Shown in pieces: positions 62,626-64,000 of a stretch of 64,000 nucleotides of DNA. How positions within the stretch are numbered: position 1 is the first letter of the stretch; each line of letters opens with the position of its first letter. The notes beneath the pieces are model-generated. The model made no database searches. It had not been told where the DNA came from and was given only the letters and a program-made list of their open reading frames with translations. The DNA is from Flectonema sp. DT1601 (lineage: Eukaryota): positions 496,001-560,000 of the forward strand of contig OZ025806.1 of NCBI GenBank assembly GCA_964019425.1, given 5' to 3'. A program made the translations under genes and the position numbers.

Positions 62626-63351
62626 TTACTTTTTCTTTCCCCCGTCAGTCTGTGCTCGAACTTGGTTCTGCCACTCTTGTTCTTGTCTAGCACGATTCCA
62701 ATCATCTTCTTCTTGCTGAAGTTTTTTTTGGACTTCCTTTTGCTCTTCGAGTTTTGCTTCTAACGTTCGCTCCATTCGTTTTAAGGCCGAGCGACAAGTA
62801 CCAGATGATTTCTCAGCCTCTAAGTGTTCCTTGAGCGGGACAAGTTGAGAACGGAAGGTGTCGAGTTGATCCTCAGCAACAAGACGCTGATGACGAATTG
62901 AAATCGCTTTTGAGAACATTTCCGAACAGATACCTGGAGGGCATTGAAGGTCAGTGGAGTCGTCATCGAAACCACCTTTTTCAAGGAGGTCTGATTCTTG
63001 TTTTGTTTTCGGTGATTTTATTATTTCTAACAACACTCTAATAATTGTTTCTGCTGCTTCCACATGCAGCTCTCTCAGTGCCTTTGAACAACCCTGAGAA
63101 TCTTCAGAATCACCTGTCACGGCTCTTCTTAACTTGATTGGTCCTTTTCTTTTTATCTCTTCCAGTGGAGACATATGTTCTTCAAGTTTTTTAGCTTCTT
63201 GAGTCTTCTTCATGTTGTCCTCAAGCCGTTCGGTGTATTGAATAATCTTTTCTCTGGAGTCAATTATCTCTGCTTTTAGTGACTGGGCATCAATGTCAGT
63301 CTGCGTCTTTGGTCTTTCTTCAGTATCATTGGCTTTCTTCTTGGGAGGCAT
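62626..63351 (-). CDS. Coiled-coil protein with a segment resembling the CFAP44 C-terminal region
   Basis: 241-aa ORF containing FDDD…CPPG…MFSKAISIRHQRLVAEDQL. The CFAP44 resemblance is from memory and tentative. Confidence 0.65.
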   Translation of the reverse strand: MPPKKKANDTEERPKTQTDIDAQSLKAEIIDSREKIIQYTERLEDNMKKTQEAKKLEEHMSPLEEIKRKGPIKLRRAVTGDSEDSQGCSKALRELHVEAAETIIRVLLEIIKSPKTKQESDLLEKGGFDDDSTDLQCPPGICSEMFSKAISIRHQRLVAEDQLDTFRSQLVPLKEHLEAEKSSGTCRSALKRMERTLEAKLEEQKEVQKKLQQEEDDWNRARQEQEWQNQVRAQTDGGKKK

Positions 63352-63608
63352 TACAACCTGTCGGAAGTATAAATAAATTATTGAACATCACTGACGTACC
63401 AAATCCAGAAGTCAGTTGAAAGACGGTCAACAAGAACCACAGCTCTTCAAGGAATCCCAATACGTGTGGAGGTTTTCCAATTCCTGTTAAGAAGAACAAA
63501 GAAAAAGGTGATGACAAGATTTTTTTATGTTTTATTTTTCTTTTTTGCAAAAAAAGAAAAAAAGAAGAAGAAGAAAAAAAACACATCAACTGAAGTTAGT
63601 GTAAATTG

Positions 63609-64000
63609 CTACGTAATAACAAATAGGAAGGGTCGTAAAAAAAAAAAAAAAAAAAAAATACGTAAAATGAAATAACAAGAGGCGGGAAGCTGTAAAACTT
63701 CGAGAACTGCGGAAAAAACTGTTCGCAACCGAAAACAAGCCAATTAGACTAAGAGTGTTGATGCTACGCTGACACAATTTTTCTTTCGCTCGTAAACATG
63801 TCTTTGAGATGAAAAGAAAAGGAAAAAAGAAAATAGATATATCGCCATTGCATATTGTATCAGTCACACAATGGTAAGACGTAACTGGCCTTTTTTTTTT
63901 TTTTTTTTTTTTTTTCGTTACTAAGTATAACAAATAGGAAGGGCCCGTAAAAAAAAAGTTCCGAGAGAAACCGTAAAAATGAAATAACAAGAGGCGGAAA
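63609..64000. repeat. Degenerate direct repeat, about 310-bp spacing
   Basis: taacaaataggaaggg…cgtaaaaaa and cgtaaaatgaaataacaagaggcgg occur at about 63617-63685 and again at about 63928-63997. Confidence 0.8.

Overview
AT-rich eukaryotic genomic DNA with many homopolymer runs. All 24 credible protein genes lie head-to-tail on the minus strand. Most start codons follow a pyrimidine-rich CAG that resembles a spliced-leader acceptor, and 13 GT-AG introns can be reconstructed by restoring reading frames. Together these point to a euglenozoan, probably diplonemid-like, polycistronic gene cluster (inference). Recognisable genes: PIG-G/GPI7, a cNMP-binding-domain K+ channel, two tandem multi-pass membrane pseudo-lipases, ZMYND10, a Tma17-like protein, RNF170-like, mitochondrial uS11, a carotenoid oxygenase, Sar1, a DEAD-box helicase, a NIF/SCP phosphatase and V-ATPase subunit e. 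Highlights: (1) an intact 3867-aa FYVE-(C-A-T)x3-R NRPS-like protein with nearly all catalytic motifs degenerate; (2) cis-introns that read GTNTG...ACAG and mostly carry A/AAC-rich rather than pyrimidine-rich 3' ends, unlike the putative trans-acceptors; (3) a 2.5-kb perfect (AAC)n tract that is the expanded 3' end of one such intron; (4) a dispersed repeat with a hammerhead-like core; (5) an isolated LSU rRNA fragment. All family assignments come from motif recognition by eye; no searches were run.
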